Below are positions 1 to 9,345 of a stretch of 64,000 bases of DNA, one piece after another. Position 1 is the first letter of the stretch. Each line of letters opens with the position of its first letter. A program made the translations under genes and the position numbers. Source of the stretch: Candidatus Pyrohabitans jungbluthii (GTDB lineage: Archaea > Hydrothermarchaeota > Hydrothermarchaeia > Hydrothermarchaeales > BMS3B); assembly GCA_002010065.2 (NCBI GenBank), contig MTMD02000002.1:64001-128000 (forward strand). Direction: 5' to 3'. The notes below the pieces were generated by a model, which was given only the letters and a program-made list of their open reading frames with translations, had not been told where the DNA came from and ran no database searches.

Positions 1-579
1 TTCACCCGCACCCTGCGCAGGCTGGCGAAGCCCATAATCGTTGCTGCAAACAAGGCGGACGTTGGTATAGCCGAGGAGAACATAGCCAGACTTAAGGAGG
101 AGTTCTCTCATACGAAGGTAATCCCCACCAGCGCAATGGCGGAGCTCATGCTGAAGAATCTTGCGGAGGCTGGGGTAATAAGCTATGTGCCCGGGGAGAG
201 CAGCTTTGAAATTTTAAAGCCCGCTGAGCTCTCGCCCAAGCAGAAGAAGGCTCTGGAGATAATTAAAAAGAATGTGCTCGAGCGCTACGGGAGCACGGGC
301 GTGCAGCAGGCGATTAACGTCGCTGTGTTGGACGTGCTCAGGAAGATTGTGGTTTTCCCTGTCGAAGATGAGAATCGCTACTGTGACGGCGAGGGGAATA
401 TTTTACCGGACGCCTACCTTCTCGACGAGGGCGCCACTCCTCGCGACTTAGCGTATAAAATCCACACGGAAATAGGGGAGAATTTTATCGCCGCCATAGA
501 TGCGCGCACCAAACGAAGAATCGCCAGCGACACACCGCTAAAACACATGGATATAATTAAGATAGTGACAAGAAAATAG
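1..579 (+). CDS. ychF: YchF/Obg-family GTPase (redox-regulated ATPase), C-terminal part, 5'-truncated by the window
   Basis: Frame open from base 1 (FTRTLRRLAKPIIVAANKAD, G4 NKxD motif); C-terminal TGS-like segment (LPDAYLL..ATPRDLAYKIHTEIG..DIIKI). Confidence 0.85.
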   Translation, partial: FTRTLRRLAKPIIVAANKADVGIAEENIARLKEEFSHTKVIPTSAMAELMLKNLAEAGVISYVPGESSFEILKPAELSPKQKKALEIIKKNVLERYGSTGVQQAINVAVLDVLRKIVVFPVEDENRYCDGEGNILPDAYLLDEGATPRDLAYKIHTEIGENFIAAIDARTKRRIASDTPLKHMDIIKIVTRK

Positions 580-583
580 GAAC

Positions 584-624
584 ATAAGGGCGCCGCACCC
601 GCCCTTATCAACCCGTCTTCACCA
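584..624 (+). repeat. GC-rich hairpin repeat, copy 1 (9-bp stem, 7-nt loop, C-rich tail ending ACCA)
   Basis: ATAAGGGCG-ccgcacc-CGCCCTTAT-caacccgtcttcacca, 4 nt after the ychF stop; homologous to 54834-54874 and 61816-61860. Confidence 0.75.
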
Positions 625-654
625 AAATAAAGGCGCTATCCCTAAGGTGAAAAA

Positions 655-1074
655 ATGCGCGTGGAGAGCTATACCATAGAGGTGGAGCTTGAGGCGGAGA
701 AGGGCTTCGCAGACATCACCGCTCAGGTGCAGGAGATTGTTACAAAAAGCGGGATGAAGCGCGGCATCGCCGTGGTGTTCAACGTGGGCTCCACCGGCGC
801 AGTAACAACGATGGAGTACGAACCCGGACTAAAGAAGGACATCCCCCGCGCCTTAGAGCGCATAGCACCGCGAAGCGAGAGCTACGAGCACCACCTCACC
901 TGGGGTGACGACAATGGCAGTGCCCATGTTAAGGCGGCGCTTCTGGGCCCCAGCCTAGCAGTGCCCTTCACCGACGGCAGGCTCACCCTAGGCACGTGGC
1001 AGCAGATCGTCGTAATTAACTTTGACACCCGCGCAAGACGTCGCCGTGTTGTGGTACAGCTCTTAGGGGAGTAG
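655..1074 (+). CDS. yjbQ: YjbQ/UPF0047 family protein (secondary thiamine-phosphate synthase family)
   Basis: DITxxV, GSTGAVTTMEYEPGL, DNGSAHVKAALLG and LGTWQQI motifs. Confidence 0.9.
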   Translation: MRVESYTIEVELEAEKGFADITAQVQEIVTKSGMKRGIAVVFNVGSTGAVTTMEYEPGLKKDIPRALERIAPRSESYEHHLTWGDDNGSAHVKAALLGPSLAVPFTDGRLTLGTWQQIVVINFDTRARRRRVVVQLLGE

Positions 1075-1473
1075 CTACTGGTTGAGGTACCGCCTTACCT
1101 TCGAGAGAAGCTCGCCAAGGTCGTGCTTCGGCGTAACCGGGTCGAGGATAACGCTGTCCTCGCTCTCCAGCTCCAGCTTCTCCATACTCTCCGGCGAGAG
1201 CAGCGCGTAGCCCTGGCGCGCTAAGGCGTAGCCGTAGTGTACCCGCTTGTCCACCTCCACCACGAAGTGGCGCTGCCTCAAGAAATAGGGCTTAACCTCG
1301 CCTAAGCGATAAATAATAACCTCGTCCATAGCTGAGATCTCGCTACCCCTGAGATGCTCCCGCGCAAAGCCTATCTCATTCTCCCCAACATCGCCCTCAC
1401 GCACACGTACAAGGTACTTGTTGCCCAGCACTCTCTCAAGCATCTCAATAAGCGCAGAGAAGATTAACGTCAC
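1075..1473 (-). CDS. Hypothetical protein, possibly a double-psi beta-barrel (CDC48/VAT-N-like)
   Basis: ORF with GGTG-type leader; two segments (GDVGENEIGF..MDEVII and GYALLSPESMEKLELESEDSVIL) recall the double-psi barrel repeat. Confidence 0.5.
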   Translation of the reverse strand: MTLIFSALIEMLERVLGNKYLVRVREGDVGENEIGFAREHLRGSEISAMDEVIIYRLGEVKPYFLRQRHFVVEVDKRVHYGYALARQGYALLSPESMEKLELESEDSVILDPVTPKHDLGELLSKVRRYLNQ

Positions 1474-1610
1474 CTAAATACATCCGCACCTAAATAATGC
1501 AACCCGCTATTGCTCCTTAAGCCACTGTTTCAAAACTCTGCGTTAGATTTGTCCCGTCCCACCAACACACTCCTACATGTAATACAGTGAGGTTTATTCT
1601 TCTTCAGTTA

Positions 1611-2416
1611 TCAAAATAGTCCTGCAATTTTAACTCCAATATCCAAAAAGAATTTTTTAACTTTTGAAGCGAATGTTAGCCCTTCATATCTAATTCCACT
1701 GCCCCACGCTTGTTTAAATGCCGCAAATGGATCCTCTGCATTTATTATTTCTACTATTGCTTTTTCATCAATATAAAGGGCCATTGTCGGTTTTATTCCT
1801 TGCTTTTGCCAGATGTCGTGTATCCCATTGCTGTCTTGGTCTAACCAGGTGTTTCCTTCTACTATTACCCCATTTTCTGTGATTGAAGCATATTCTGATT
1901 TGGTTCCATCCAGATGTGTAATATAAATATGCAGCTTCTCATTCCCCAAAAGGCCCTTGACAAAACCCGGCAAGTAATTGACATTCTGGTTGTAGTTGCT
2001 GATGCTTTCAGATAATTTTTCCTTTTCAAGCTCTTCCTTTTCCATCTGTTCCAATATTTCTTCCATACTTGGTGGAAGAGGTTTATCTTTTTTCCAGTAC
2101 TCACATGCCAGAATTTCATCATATTCTACGGTGATATCTCCAGTTTCCTCATCGACTGTTGACTCCGTTTGCGATGCAATGTATACATAACCACCTGGCG
2201 AACTCGATGGAACCCATCTTCCTTCGTCATAGGCGACGGCATGATTAATAGTTATTTGCACCCAATCAAAATATAGCCTGGCTCAGGTGGCGGGCAATCT
2301 TTTGTGCATGTAAAATATTTACCTGAAAATGACGAAGTTCCAGGGGTTATTTGAGCTTGAGCTACACTAATTAAGCTCATTACAATTAATGGGATTATTA
2401 ATATAATTTTTTTCAC
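1611..2416 (-). pseudogene. Frameshifted secreted protein in an AT-rich insert (signal-peptide ORF 2252-2416 plus downstream ORF 1611-2261)
   Basis: GTG at 2416 after GGAGAG gives MKKIILIIPLIVMSLISVAQA..GYILIGCK*; one extra A in TGCAAATAA would fuse it in frame with ITINHAVAY.. of the 216-aa ORF. Confidence 0.6.
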
Positions 2417-2567
2417 TTTTCTCTCCTTACATACTCAAATTAGTTAAATACTTGTATTTCAAACTATAAAAGCTTTACGCTCTCCAATTTTTCAAAGAGT
2501 AAACTGAAATTTTTCGCCACAGCTTTATAGACTTGCCAATTCAGTGCTTACAAGGTTATTTCGAGAA

Positions 2568-3491
2568 TTAAATGGTTATCTCTATGTCCAGCTTCTCCGC
2601 CAGCTCCTTGTAGCGGTTGCGTATGGTTACCTCTGTTACGCCAGCCACTTCTGCAACCTCGCGCTGCGTCCTGCGCTCGCCAAGCAGCACACTCGCTATG
2701 TAAAGCGCAGCAGCACTTACGCCAGTGGGTCCACGCCCTGAAGTGAGCTCCTTGTCCATCGCCTTCTTGAGAATTTCCCTCGCCTTGCTCCTCACCTCAC
2801 CGCTCAACCCCAGAGCGGTGCCAAAGCGCTCGATGTAGTCCACGGGCGTGGTGGGGCGCAGACTCAGCCCCAGTTCGCGGGCAACGAAGCGGTAGGTTCT
2901 GCCTATCTCCTTGCGGTTCAGCTTGGCGGCGTCGGCAATCTCGTCAAGGGTGCGGGGAACGCCACACTGCCGGCAAGCGGCATAGATAGCGGCGGCGGTT
3001 ACACCCTCGATGCTCCGCCCGCGGATTAAGCCCTTCTCCACCGCACGGCGGTAGAGCACCGCAGCAGCCTCGCGCACATTCTTGGGCAAACCCAGGCGAG
3101 AGGATATCCGCTCCAGCTCAGTGAGCGCTATAGCAAGGTTGCGCTCCATGGCATTGCCAACGCGGATGCGCTGCTGCCATTTGCGCAGGCGGTACAGCTG
3201 GGCACGCTTGCTTGCGGAAAGCTCTTTACCATAGCTGTCCTTGTTGCGCCAGTCTATAATCGTAGAAAGCCCCTTGTCGTGGATCGTGTACGTAAGCGGA
3301 GCTCCGGTGCGGGTTCGCCTCACCGCCTGTTCATGGTCGAAGGCACGCCACTCCGGACCCTCGTCCAGCAGGTCTTGGTCTATTACGAGACCGCAGCCAT
3401 TGCACACAATCTCAGCGCGCTCATAATCGCGCATTAAACTCGTGCTCCCGCATTCGGGGCACTCATCTACGTACTCTACCTTTCTTTCCAA
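2568..3491 (-). CDS. tfb: Transcription initiation factor IIB
   Basis: Zn ribbon CPECG..CNGCG, GPEWRAF B-reader, two cyclin repeats ([28 protein letters not shown]); TTG start after GGAGGAGG. Confidence 0.97.
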   Translation of the reverse strand: MERKVEYVDECPECGSTSLMRDYERAEIVCNGCGLVIDQDLLDEGPEWRAFDHEQAVRRTRTGAPLTYTIHDKGLSTIIDWRNKDSYGKELSASKRAQLYRLRKWQQRIRVGNAMERNLAIALTELERISSRLGLPKNVREAAAVLYRRAVEKGLIRGRSIEGVTAAAIYAACRQCGVPRTLDEIADAAKLNRKEIGRTYRFVARELGLSLRPTTPVDYIERFGTALGLSGEVRSKAREILKKAMDKELTSGRGPTGVSAAALYIASVLLGERRTQREVAEVAGVTEVTIRNRYKELAEKLDIEITI

Positions 3492-3750
3492 GGGACCTCC
3501 TCCTCTCCTCTTTCTTGGATAACACAAATAACCCCCCGCTCTTTGCAGCGCTAAGCGCCCTCTCGAAAGCTCCCTCCTCCGGTTTAATCACGAAGTACGG
3601 ATTGGAGACAGGACCGATTATATCAACAACTTTTCCAACTTTTACACCATTTTTTGTGAAAACGTCCGCGTATAGCGGAGGAAAATCCCTTCCACGAAAA
3701 AGAAGTGTCCCACTCTTGCTTACATGGCTGAAAGTCCCCAGCATCCTCAA
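3463..3750 (-). CDS. gar1: H/ACA RNP component Gar1
   Basis: LG..SH.SKSG..PPL...V...[17 protein letters not shown] pattern; conserved position upstream of tfb. Confidence 0.85.
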   Translation of the reverse strand: MRMLGTFSHVSKSGTLLFRGRDFPPLYADVFTKNGVKVGKVVDIIGPVSNPYFVIKPEEGAFERALSAAKSGGLFVLSKKEERRRSLGKKGRVRR

Positions 3751-3780
3751 AGAGCTCTCCTCCGGGCATAAAACTTAAAA

Positions 3781-4437
3781 CTATAGATGGCCTAATATTC
3801 TCTTGGGGTTAACACTGGTAATAATTTCTGAATACTTTTTGCTCATCCCTGAGCCAAGAGCGACGCTGATGAACTCTTCTGGGCTGAGTATATCCCCTGG
3901 TGAATGAGCGTCGGTGCACACCACAAGCTCCGCCTTTGCTTCCTTCGCAACGCTCGCCACGTGGCCGTTGGTCAGGCAGTGCCCCCTGCGAGAGGTCAGC
4001 TCTAAGTAAACTCCGTGCTCCCTCGCCTTCTCCGCCTCTTCCAGGGTTATGAATCCGGGATGGGCGAGGATGTCAACGTGAGTGCACTCTACGGCGGCGG
4101 CGTTTGTTCCCCTTGCGACTGGCTCAACCATGGTTTCGCCATGCACAACCACAATGCCTGCGCCAAGCTTCTTAGCCTTAGCCGCCAGCTCGGGAATCTT
4201 CGCCGGCGGGAGATGGGTAAGCTCTATCCCGGGTATAACCTCTATCCCGTGAGCCTCAAGCTCTTTTCCTATGCCCTGCAAACGGCGAAGGATGAACTCC
4301 ATATTTGAGCTGTCGGCGTGGTCAGTGATAGCTACCGCCTTAAACCCCTTCTCCGCATACCGCCGCGCTATCTCGGCGGGTATCAACTCGCCGTCGCTGA
4401 AAATTGAATGCACGTGCAGATCATAAGCCATGCTCAT
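3781..4437 (-). CDS. PHP-domain phosphoesterase (histidinol phosphate phosphatase-like)
   Basis: DLHVHSIFSDG, AITDH, HGET, LAHPG and TDAHSP metal-binding motifs. Confidence 0.88.
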   Translation of the reverse strand: MSMAYDLHVHSIFSDGELIPAEIARRYAEKGFKAVAITDHADSSNMEFILRRLQGIGKELEAHGIEVIPGIELTHLPPAKIPELAAKAKKLGAGIVVVHGETMVEPVARGTNAAAVECTHVDILAHPGFITLEEAEKAREHGVYLELTSRRGHCLTNGHVASVAKEAKAELVVCTDAHSPGDILSPEEFISVALGSGMSKKYSEIITSVNPKRILGHL

Positions 4438-4610
4438 TAAATTCCCCTTTTGATATAATTTATTTTCTGTGATCCCCGCATTTGCTCGCTCCTCGCCTGT
4501 GCATGCTGAGCAAATACATAGAGGAATTATGTAATACTAGGATAGAATAGTAGGTGTTAATAAAATAAAAGAATGAGGCGCCTCACGGCGCACTGATAAA
4601 CACAAGTTTT

Positions 4611-4775
4611 CTAGAACCTGTAGCTTCTGCTCCTTCTCTCCGCTTTCTTTTTGTCGCGACAGGCTTTGCATCGCTTGGGGTCGGCGAACCCCTTCTCAGC
4701 AAAGAATTCCTGCTCACCTACGGTGAAGACGAACTCTTCTCCGCAGTCGACACAAACCAGGGTTTTATCTTCCAT
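4611..4775 (-). CDS. 54-aa zinc-ribbon protein (zf-trcl-like), absent from the ORF track
   Basis: Manual translation MEDKTLVCVDCGEEFVFTVGEQEFFAEKGFADPKRCKACRDKKKAERRSRSYRF; AGGAG leader. Confidence 0.88.
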   Translation of the reverse strand: MEDKTLVCVDCGEEFVFTVGEQEFFAEKGFADPKRCKACRDKKKAERRSRSYRF

Positions 4776-4793
4776 TTTTACATCTCTCCTTTC

Positions 4794-4976
4794 TTACTTT
4801 TTTCTGTACCCTTTGTTCGGGGGCGGCACAGTCTCCCCTCTGAAGATTTTGCCGCAGTCGCAGCTCACCACCTGATAGAAGGTAGCCTTGCCATGTTTGT
4901 AAACCCGGGTTGTTCCCACAACCGAGTTGAGCGAACAAAGAGTACCGCAAGAGGGACACCTTATCTCCGACGACAA
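4794..4976 (-). CDS. ~60-aa zinc-finger microprotein
   Basis: TTG start after AAGGAG; CPSC..CDC pairs; co-oriented and tightly spaced with 4611-4775. Confidence 0.6.
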   Translation of the reverse strand: MSSEIRCPSCGTLCSLNSVVGTTRVYKHGKATFYQVVSCDCGKIFRGETVPPPNKGYRKK

Positions 4977-5068
4977 ATGCACATCTCCTTGAAGAAGCTC
5001 CCCCTTTCGAAGGAAACCTCTTTTCCTCCTGGGGCTAATATTCACGAAAATAAAAGTTGCTGGAAAAT

Positions 5069-6127
5069 TTACTCTTTCCTCAACTTCCTGGGTACATAGC
5101 TGCAGTATGGCTCCTCTGCAAGGTAGTCGCCTGTCACAGCATACGCACGAGCGCGGCAACCCCCGCAAACTGCGAGGTACTCGCACACTCCGCACTTACC
5201 CTTATAGCGCTTGAAGTCTCTGAGCTCTTTAAAAAGCTCACTGTTCTCCCAGATATCCTTAAAGCTCTTCTCGTATATGTTTCCAGCGCTCTTGGGGAAG
5301 TATGAGCAGGGGTAGACTTCGCCCTTGTGATTTATGAGCGCTATTAGCTGCCCGGCTATGCAGCCCTTTCCTCCGCCCGTGGAGAAGCTCAGGGAGCGCC
5401 GCTTTATGGGCTTGCCCTCCTGCTTCGCGCGCTGGGCGAATATGCGGTAGTACATGGGTGCGCAGGTTGGGCGCACGTACATCTCAGTCTCGCGCTGCTC
5501 CATGTCGTAGTGCCAGTTGAGTATCTTTTCATAGTCCTCCTTGCTTATCAGCTCCTCCATTATCTCCTTTCCTCTGCCTGTGGGCACAATCATGAACATA
5601 TACCACGCGGTGGCGCCGAGCTTCTTGGCAAGCTCGTAAACCTTAGGAATCTCGTCTTGGTTCCTCTTTGTGAAGGAGGAATTGACTATGAAGGGGATGC
5701 CGTGCTTTTTGAAGAGCTTGGCCGCGCGTATCGCGCCCTCAAAAGCTCCGCGCTGGTTGCGGAAGTTGTCATGCACCTCTGCGGTTGAGCCGTCTATGCT
5801 GATGGAGACTATCCTTATCCCGGCATCCTTGATCTTCTCACACACCTCGTCGGTAACGAGAGTTCCATTTGTCGCCATAGCCATTCGCAAGCCGCGCTCA
5901 GTACCGTAACGGGCTATCTCAAAAATATCCTTGCGCAGCAGTGGTTCGCCCCCGCTGAGCACCAGCACAGGCTTGGCATAGCTGGCGATGTCATCTATCA
6001 CCGCCTTAGCCTGCTCTGTGCTCGGGCCCTTCTCAGCCTTTATCGCTGCCTCAGCGCGACAATGCACACAGCGCAGGTTGCACCTCTGCGTAATCTCCCA
6101 GGCTATCCAGCGAGGTTCGAACTTCAT
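5069..6127 (-). CDS. ahbD: Radical SAM/SPASM heme b synthase (AhbD/NirJ2 family)
   Basis: [60 protein letters not shown]. Confidence 0.8.
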   Translation of the reverse strand: MKFEPRWIAWEITQRCNLRCVHCRAEAAIKAEKGPSTEQAKAVIDDIASYAKPVLVLSGGEPLLRKDIFEIARYGTERGLRMAMATNGTLVTDEVCEKIKDAGIRIVSISIDGSTAEVHDNFRNQRGAFEGAIRAAKLFKKHGIPFIVNSSFTKRNQDEIPKVYELAKKLGATAWYMFMIVPTGRGKEIMEELISKEDYEKILNWHYDMEQRETEMYVRPTCAPMYYRIFAQRAKQEGKPIKRRSLSFSTGGGKGCIAGQLIALINHKGEVYPCSYFPKSAGNIYEKSFKDIWENSELFKELRDFKRYKGKCGVCEYLAVCGGCRARAYAVTGDYLAEEPYCSYVPRKLRKE

Positions 6128-6235
6128 TGTAATAATCGCAGGAGCTATCAATAAAAATCAAAGCTGAACCAGGGAAGGAGGATACCCAACCCCCAACAGG
6201 TATATACGTAAGAAATGATACGATTTTGAGGAAAA

Positions 6236-6922
6236 ATGAGAATCCACGGAAAGCTTAAACAGGGCACCTTTATCCAGCGCTTGAACAGGTTTTCAGCGCT
6301 TGTGGAGGTGGATGGAAGCATTGCAAAAGCACACCTCCCAAACCCGGGCAGGCTTCAGGAGCTTCTCATCCCTAGCACGCCTGTGCTGCTGCGTGAGAGC
6401 AACGCTGCCCACAGAAAGACCGCCTATGACCTCATAGGGGTTAAAGCTGGCGAGGTGTGGGTGAGCATCGATTCTCGCCTGCCGAACGCGCTTTTCAGAG
6501 AGGCGATGGAGCAGGGCACATTGGAAGAATTTGCAGGCTACCGCATAGCCAAGGAAGAGGTGAGCTTCGACACGAGTAGAATAGATTTCCTGCTTGAAAA
6601 CTCTTCACCCTGCCTTGTGGAAGTCAAGTCCTGCACCCTTGTTGAGGAGGGTGTTGCCAAGTTTCCTGACGCGCCAACCGATAGAGGGAGGAGACACCTC
6701 CACCACTTAATGAAAGCAAAAGAGGCTGGCTACCGCTGCGCCGTCGTCTTTGTTATCCAACGCAGCGATGCCTTTGCTTTTGCGCCCAACGACGCCACAG
6801 ACGAAGCCTTTGGCGAAGCTTTGAGAGAGGCGCATCGCAGAGGCGTTGAGGTCTACGCCTATCGCTGTGACTTCGACGGGAGGGAGATTAGGATAAAAAG
6901 CAAGGTTGAGGTGCTGATTTAG
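6236..6922 (+). CDS. sfsA: DNA/RNA nuclease SfsA
   Basis: RLNRF, HLPNPGRLQELL, SRIDFLL, VEVKSCTL and FPDAPTDRGRRHL motifs. Confidence 0.95.
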   Translation: MRIHGKLKQGTFIQRLNRFSALVEVDGSIAKAHLPNPGRLQELLIPSTPVLLRESNAAHRKTAYDLIGVKAGEVWVSIDSRLPNALFREAMEQGTLEEFAGYRIAKEEVSFDTSRIDFLLENSSPCLVEVKSCTLVEEGVAKFPDAPTDRGRRHLHHLMKAKEAGYRCAVVFVIQRSDAFAFAPNDATDEAFGEALREAHRRGVEVYAYRCDFDGREIRIKSKVEVLI

Positions 6923-7089
6923 AGAATTGAAAAATCTTTTCTGCTTTTTCTAAGCAAAGTTAACCATAAATACAATCATGATAAAATATAGATTGATGAA
7001 CAATATTTTGTCTGACAGATATTTACAATATAGTCATAAGATGAGAATAAACACTATTAATTTAAATAAATCTCTATGATTTGGTGAAA

Positions 7090-8196
7090 ATGGCAGGAAA
7101 ATGCGCAATATGCGGAGCCGAGGGCAAAGAAATCTCAGCAGAGCTTCAGGTGTGCCTCCGCTGCATAAGGCAGAAGCCCGAGGAAGCTCTCGCGCTGGCG
7201 CAGGAGGCTCACGCAACCTCGCGAAGGCGCTTTGGCTTTCCCGCCAAGGTGCCGAGAGGTGGCAAGGTTAAGTGCACCCTGTGCGTCAACCAGTGCGAGC
7301 TCCATGAGGGCGAGCGCTCGCTCTGCGGGCTGCGCGTTAATCGCGGAGGTAAGCTGGTGCACCTCTCTGGCACCGCTCGCGAAGCGGTGGTGAGCGCCTA
7401 CCACGACGCCCTGCCGACGAACTGTGTCGCCGCCTGGGTATGCGCTGGCTGCACCGGCGCAGGCTATCCGCGCTACTCGCACGCGGAGCATGGGGTAGAG
7501 CTCGGGTACAAGAATCTGGCGGTCTTCTACGGCGCGTGCACCTTCGACTGTCTCTTCTGTCAGAACTGGGAGTACCGCGAAAATGCTCGGACGCTGAGTC
7601 CGAGGATGACGCCGGAGCAGCTTGCCTCGCTTGCAGACTCCAAGACGAGCTGCATCTGCTACTTTGGCGGCGATCCCTCACCGCAGATAGCACACTCAAT
7701 AAAGACAAGCGAGCTTGCGCTTAGCCATGGCGAAGGTGAAATTTTGAGGATATGCTACGAGACCAATGGGAGTATGCATCCTGGCGCACTCAGGAAGGCT
7801 GCGAAGCTCAGCCTTGAATCGGGAGGGTGCATAAAGTTCGACCTCAAGGCATGGGATGATAACCTTCACCTTGTGCTCACTGGGGCGAGCAACCGCTATA
7901 CCATTGAGAACTTCGCCTACCTGGCTAGCCTTGTGGAGGAGCGCCCTTCGCCACCCTTTCTGATAGCGAGCACCCTGCTGGTGCCGGGCTACATCGACGA
8001 GGCTGAGGTCGAGGCGATAGCGCGCTTTATCGCAGAGCTAAACCCGGAGATACCCTACTCCCTGCTCGCATTCTACCCCACCTATATGATGCGCGACCTT
8101 CCAACGACGAGCTGGAAGCAGGCGAGGGCATGCTTAGAAGCGGCGCGGCGTTACCTTCGCAACGTTAAGCTTGGCAATGTGCACCTGCTGCGCTAA
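7090..8196 (+). CDS. Radical SAM protein with N-terminal Cys-rich domain (AmmeMemoRadiSam/PFL-activase-like)
   Basis: CTFDCLFCQNW CxxxCxxC, YFGGDP, ETNG, KFDLKA; N-terminal CxxC pairs. Confidence 0.82.
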   Translation: MAGKCAICGAEGKEISAELQVCLRCIRQKPEEALALAQEAHATSRRRFGFPAKVPRGGKVKCTLCVNQCELHEGERSLCGLRVNRGGKLVHLSGTAREAVVSAYHDALPTNCVAAWVCAGCTGAGYPRYSHAEHGVELGYKNLAVFYGACTFDCLFCQNWEYRENARTLSPRMTPEQLASLADSKTSCICYFGGDPSPQIAHSIKTSELALSHGEGEILRICYETNGSMHPGALRKAAKLSLESGGCIKFDLKAWDDNLHLVLTGASNRYTIENFAYLASLVEERPSPPFLIASTLLVPGYIDEAEVEAIARFIAELNPEIPYSLLAFYPTYMMRDLPTTSWKQARACLEAARRYLRNVKLGNVHLLR

Positions 8197-8672
8197 ACGG
8201 CGAGAGCTCCTGGCACCTTCGACTCTTCAAGCAGCGCGGAGTTAACGTATATGGGTGCATCCTCAATCAGCGCTAATATTATAGCATCGCTGGGGCGGGC
8301 GTCCAGCTCTTCTACGCCCGGAATGTGGATAGAGGCATAGTAAACATCGCCTATCAGCGTATCAACGCTCACATAGCTCACCTTCTTTCCCATTTTGAGC
8401 AGAAGCATGGCGAAAACCTCATGCATCCATGGGCGAGGAGGCTTCTCCCCTGCGAGCACCATAAGCATGCGCTCCCCCTGCTCCCTACTCACAACAATGG
8501 TAAGCTTGCCCTTACCATCAACCTCCTTCAGCACCACCGCATAGCCAAAGGCTTCCTCGCGCACATCGGTGACCTCAACCAGCGCATAGTTCGCGGGCGG
8601 AGCTTTTTCTTTGCCAACGCAGCCTGCAGCGGTGATCAGGAGCACAAGCAGCGGAGCCATGCGAAGAAGCAT
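8193..8672 (-). CDS. Bifunctional nuclease (DUF151) family protein with lipoprotein signal
   Basis: PPRPWMHE and DARPSDAIILAL..APIYV motifs; N-terminal LLVLLITAAGC lipobox. Confidence 0.8.
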   Translation of the reverse strand: MLLRMAPLLVLLITAAGCVGKEKAPPANYALVEVTDVREEAFGYAVVLKEVDGKGKLTIVVSREQGERMLMVLAGEKPPRPWMHEVFAMLLLKMGKKVSYVSVDTLIGDVYYASIHIPGVEELDARPSDAIILALIEDAPIYVNSALLEESKVPGALAV

Positions 8673-9160
8673 TACTTCACCTTTCCCCCCTGGTAGCGCC
8701 CCTCATAGGCGATGGCGTTGCCCTCCACGCGGGCGAAAACAACCTGCGCTATGCGCGCGCCCCTTTCAAGGGTGAACTCAAAGCTGCCCTCGTTTTTTAT
8801 GCCTATCGTAAGCGCCCCCCTGTAGCCTGGGTCTATGACAGCGGTGCGCAGGCTTACGCCACAGCGGAAAAGCGTGGAGCGCTGAAACATGAAGGCTACT
8901 AAATCTTTAGGCATGTTCACTCTCTCAAGGGTAGTGCACAGGTAGTATTTCCCTGGCTTTAGCACATAGCGCTCGCCCTTTATCTCGCGAAGCTGCGGCA
9001 GGCTGCGCTCACTCTTACCCAGCGACGCAGGAGAAGTTATGTCGTAGAGCTTGTTGATGCGCAGGTCGACGCCAGCACCCTGAACATTACTCTCGTCCAC
9101 GCCTTCCAGCAGCTTTTCCTCACGTATTCTGCGCAGAAGTTCTTCATAGCCGAGGTACAT
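8672..9160 (-). CDS. dUTPase/dCTP deaminase family protein
   Basis: GVDLR, QRSTLFRCG, DPGYRG, GARIAQVVF, YEGRYQG. Confidence 0.88.
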   Translation of the reverse strand: MYLGYEELLRRIREEKLLEGVDESNVQGAGVDLRINKLYDITSPASLGKSERSLPQLREIKGERYVLKPGKYYLCTTLERVNMPKDLVAFMFQRSTLFRCGVSLRTAVIDPGYRGALTIGIKNEGSFEFTLERGARIAQVVFARVEGNAIAYEGRYQGGKVK

Positions 9161-9345
9161 GATTCTAAATTCGCTGCAGGGAAGATAACTTTTTCTATGT
9201 GTTCATAGAACAGATACGAGAAATTAAAAAGTATCTTCTATTTTTATTTCACCTCACTAAAATCAATTTCTTCTACAAAGCAGATAACCAACTGAAAAAA
9301 TATGGGTAATGAATTAATAAACTCTTCGTTCACGTTTGTGTAAGG

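Noticed and set aside
3463-3527. Long TFB N-terminus (MCYPRKRR..) and an unusual gar1/tfb overlap
   Set aside because: A TTG at 3491 with a strong RBS explains the start, and gar1-tfb adjacency is a known archaeal arrangement.
4574-4585. Palindrome TGAGGCGCCTCA downstream of the zinc-ribbon gene
   Set aside because: A single short palindrome that does not match the three-copy hairpin family and has no assignable function.
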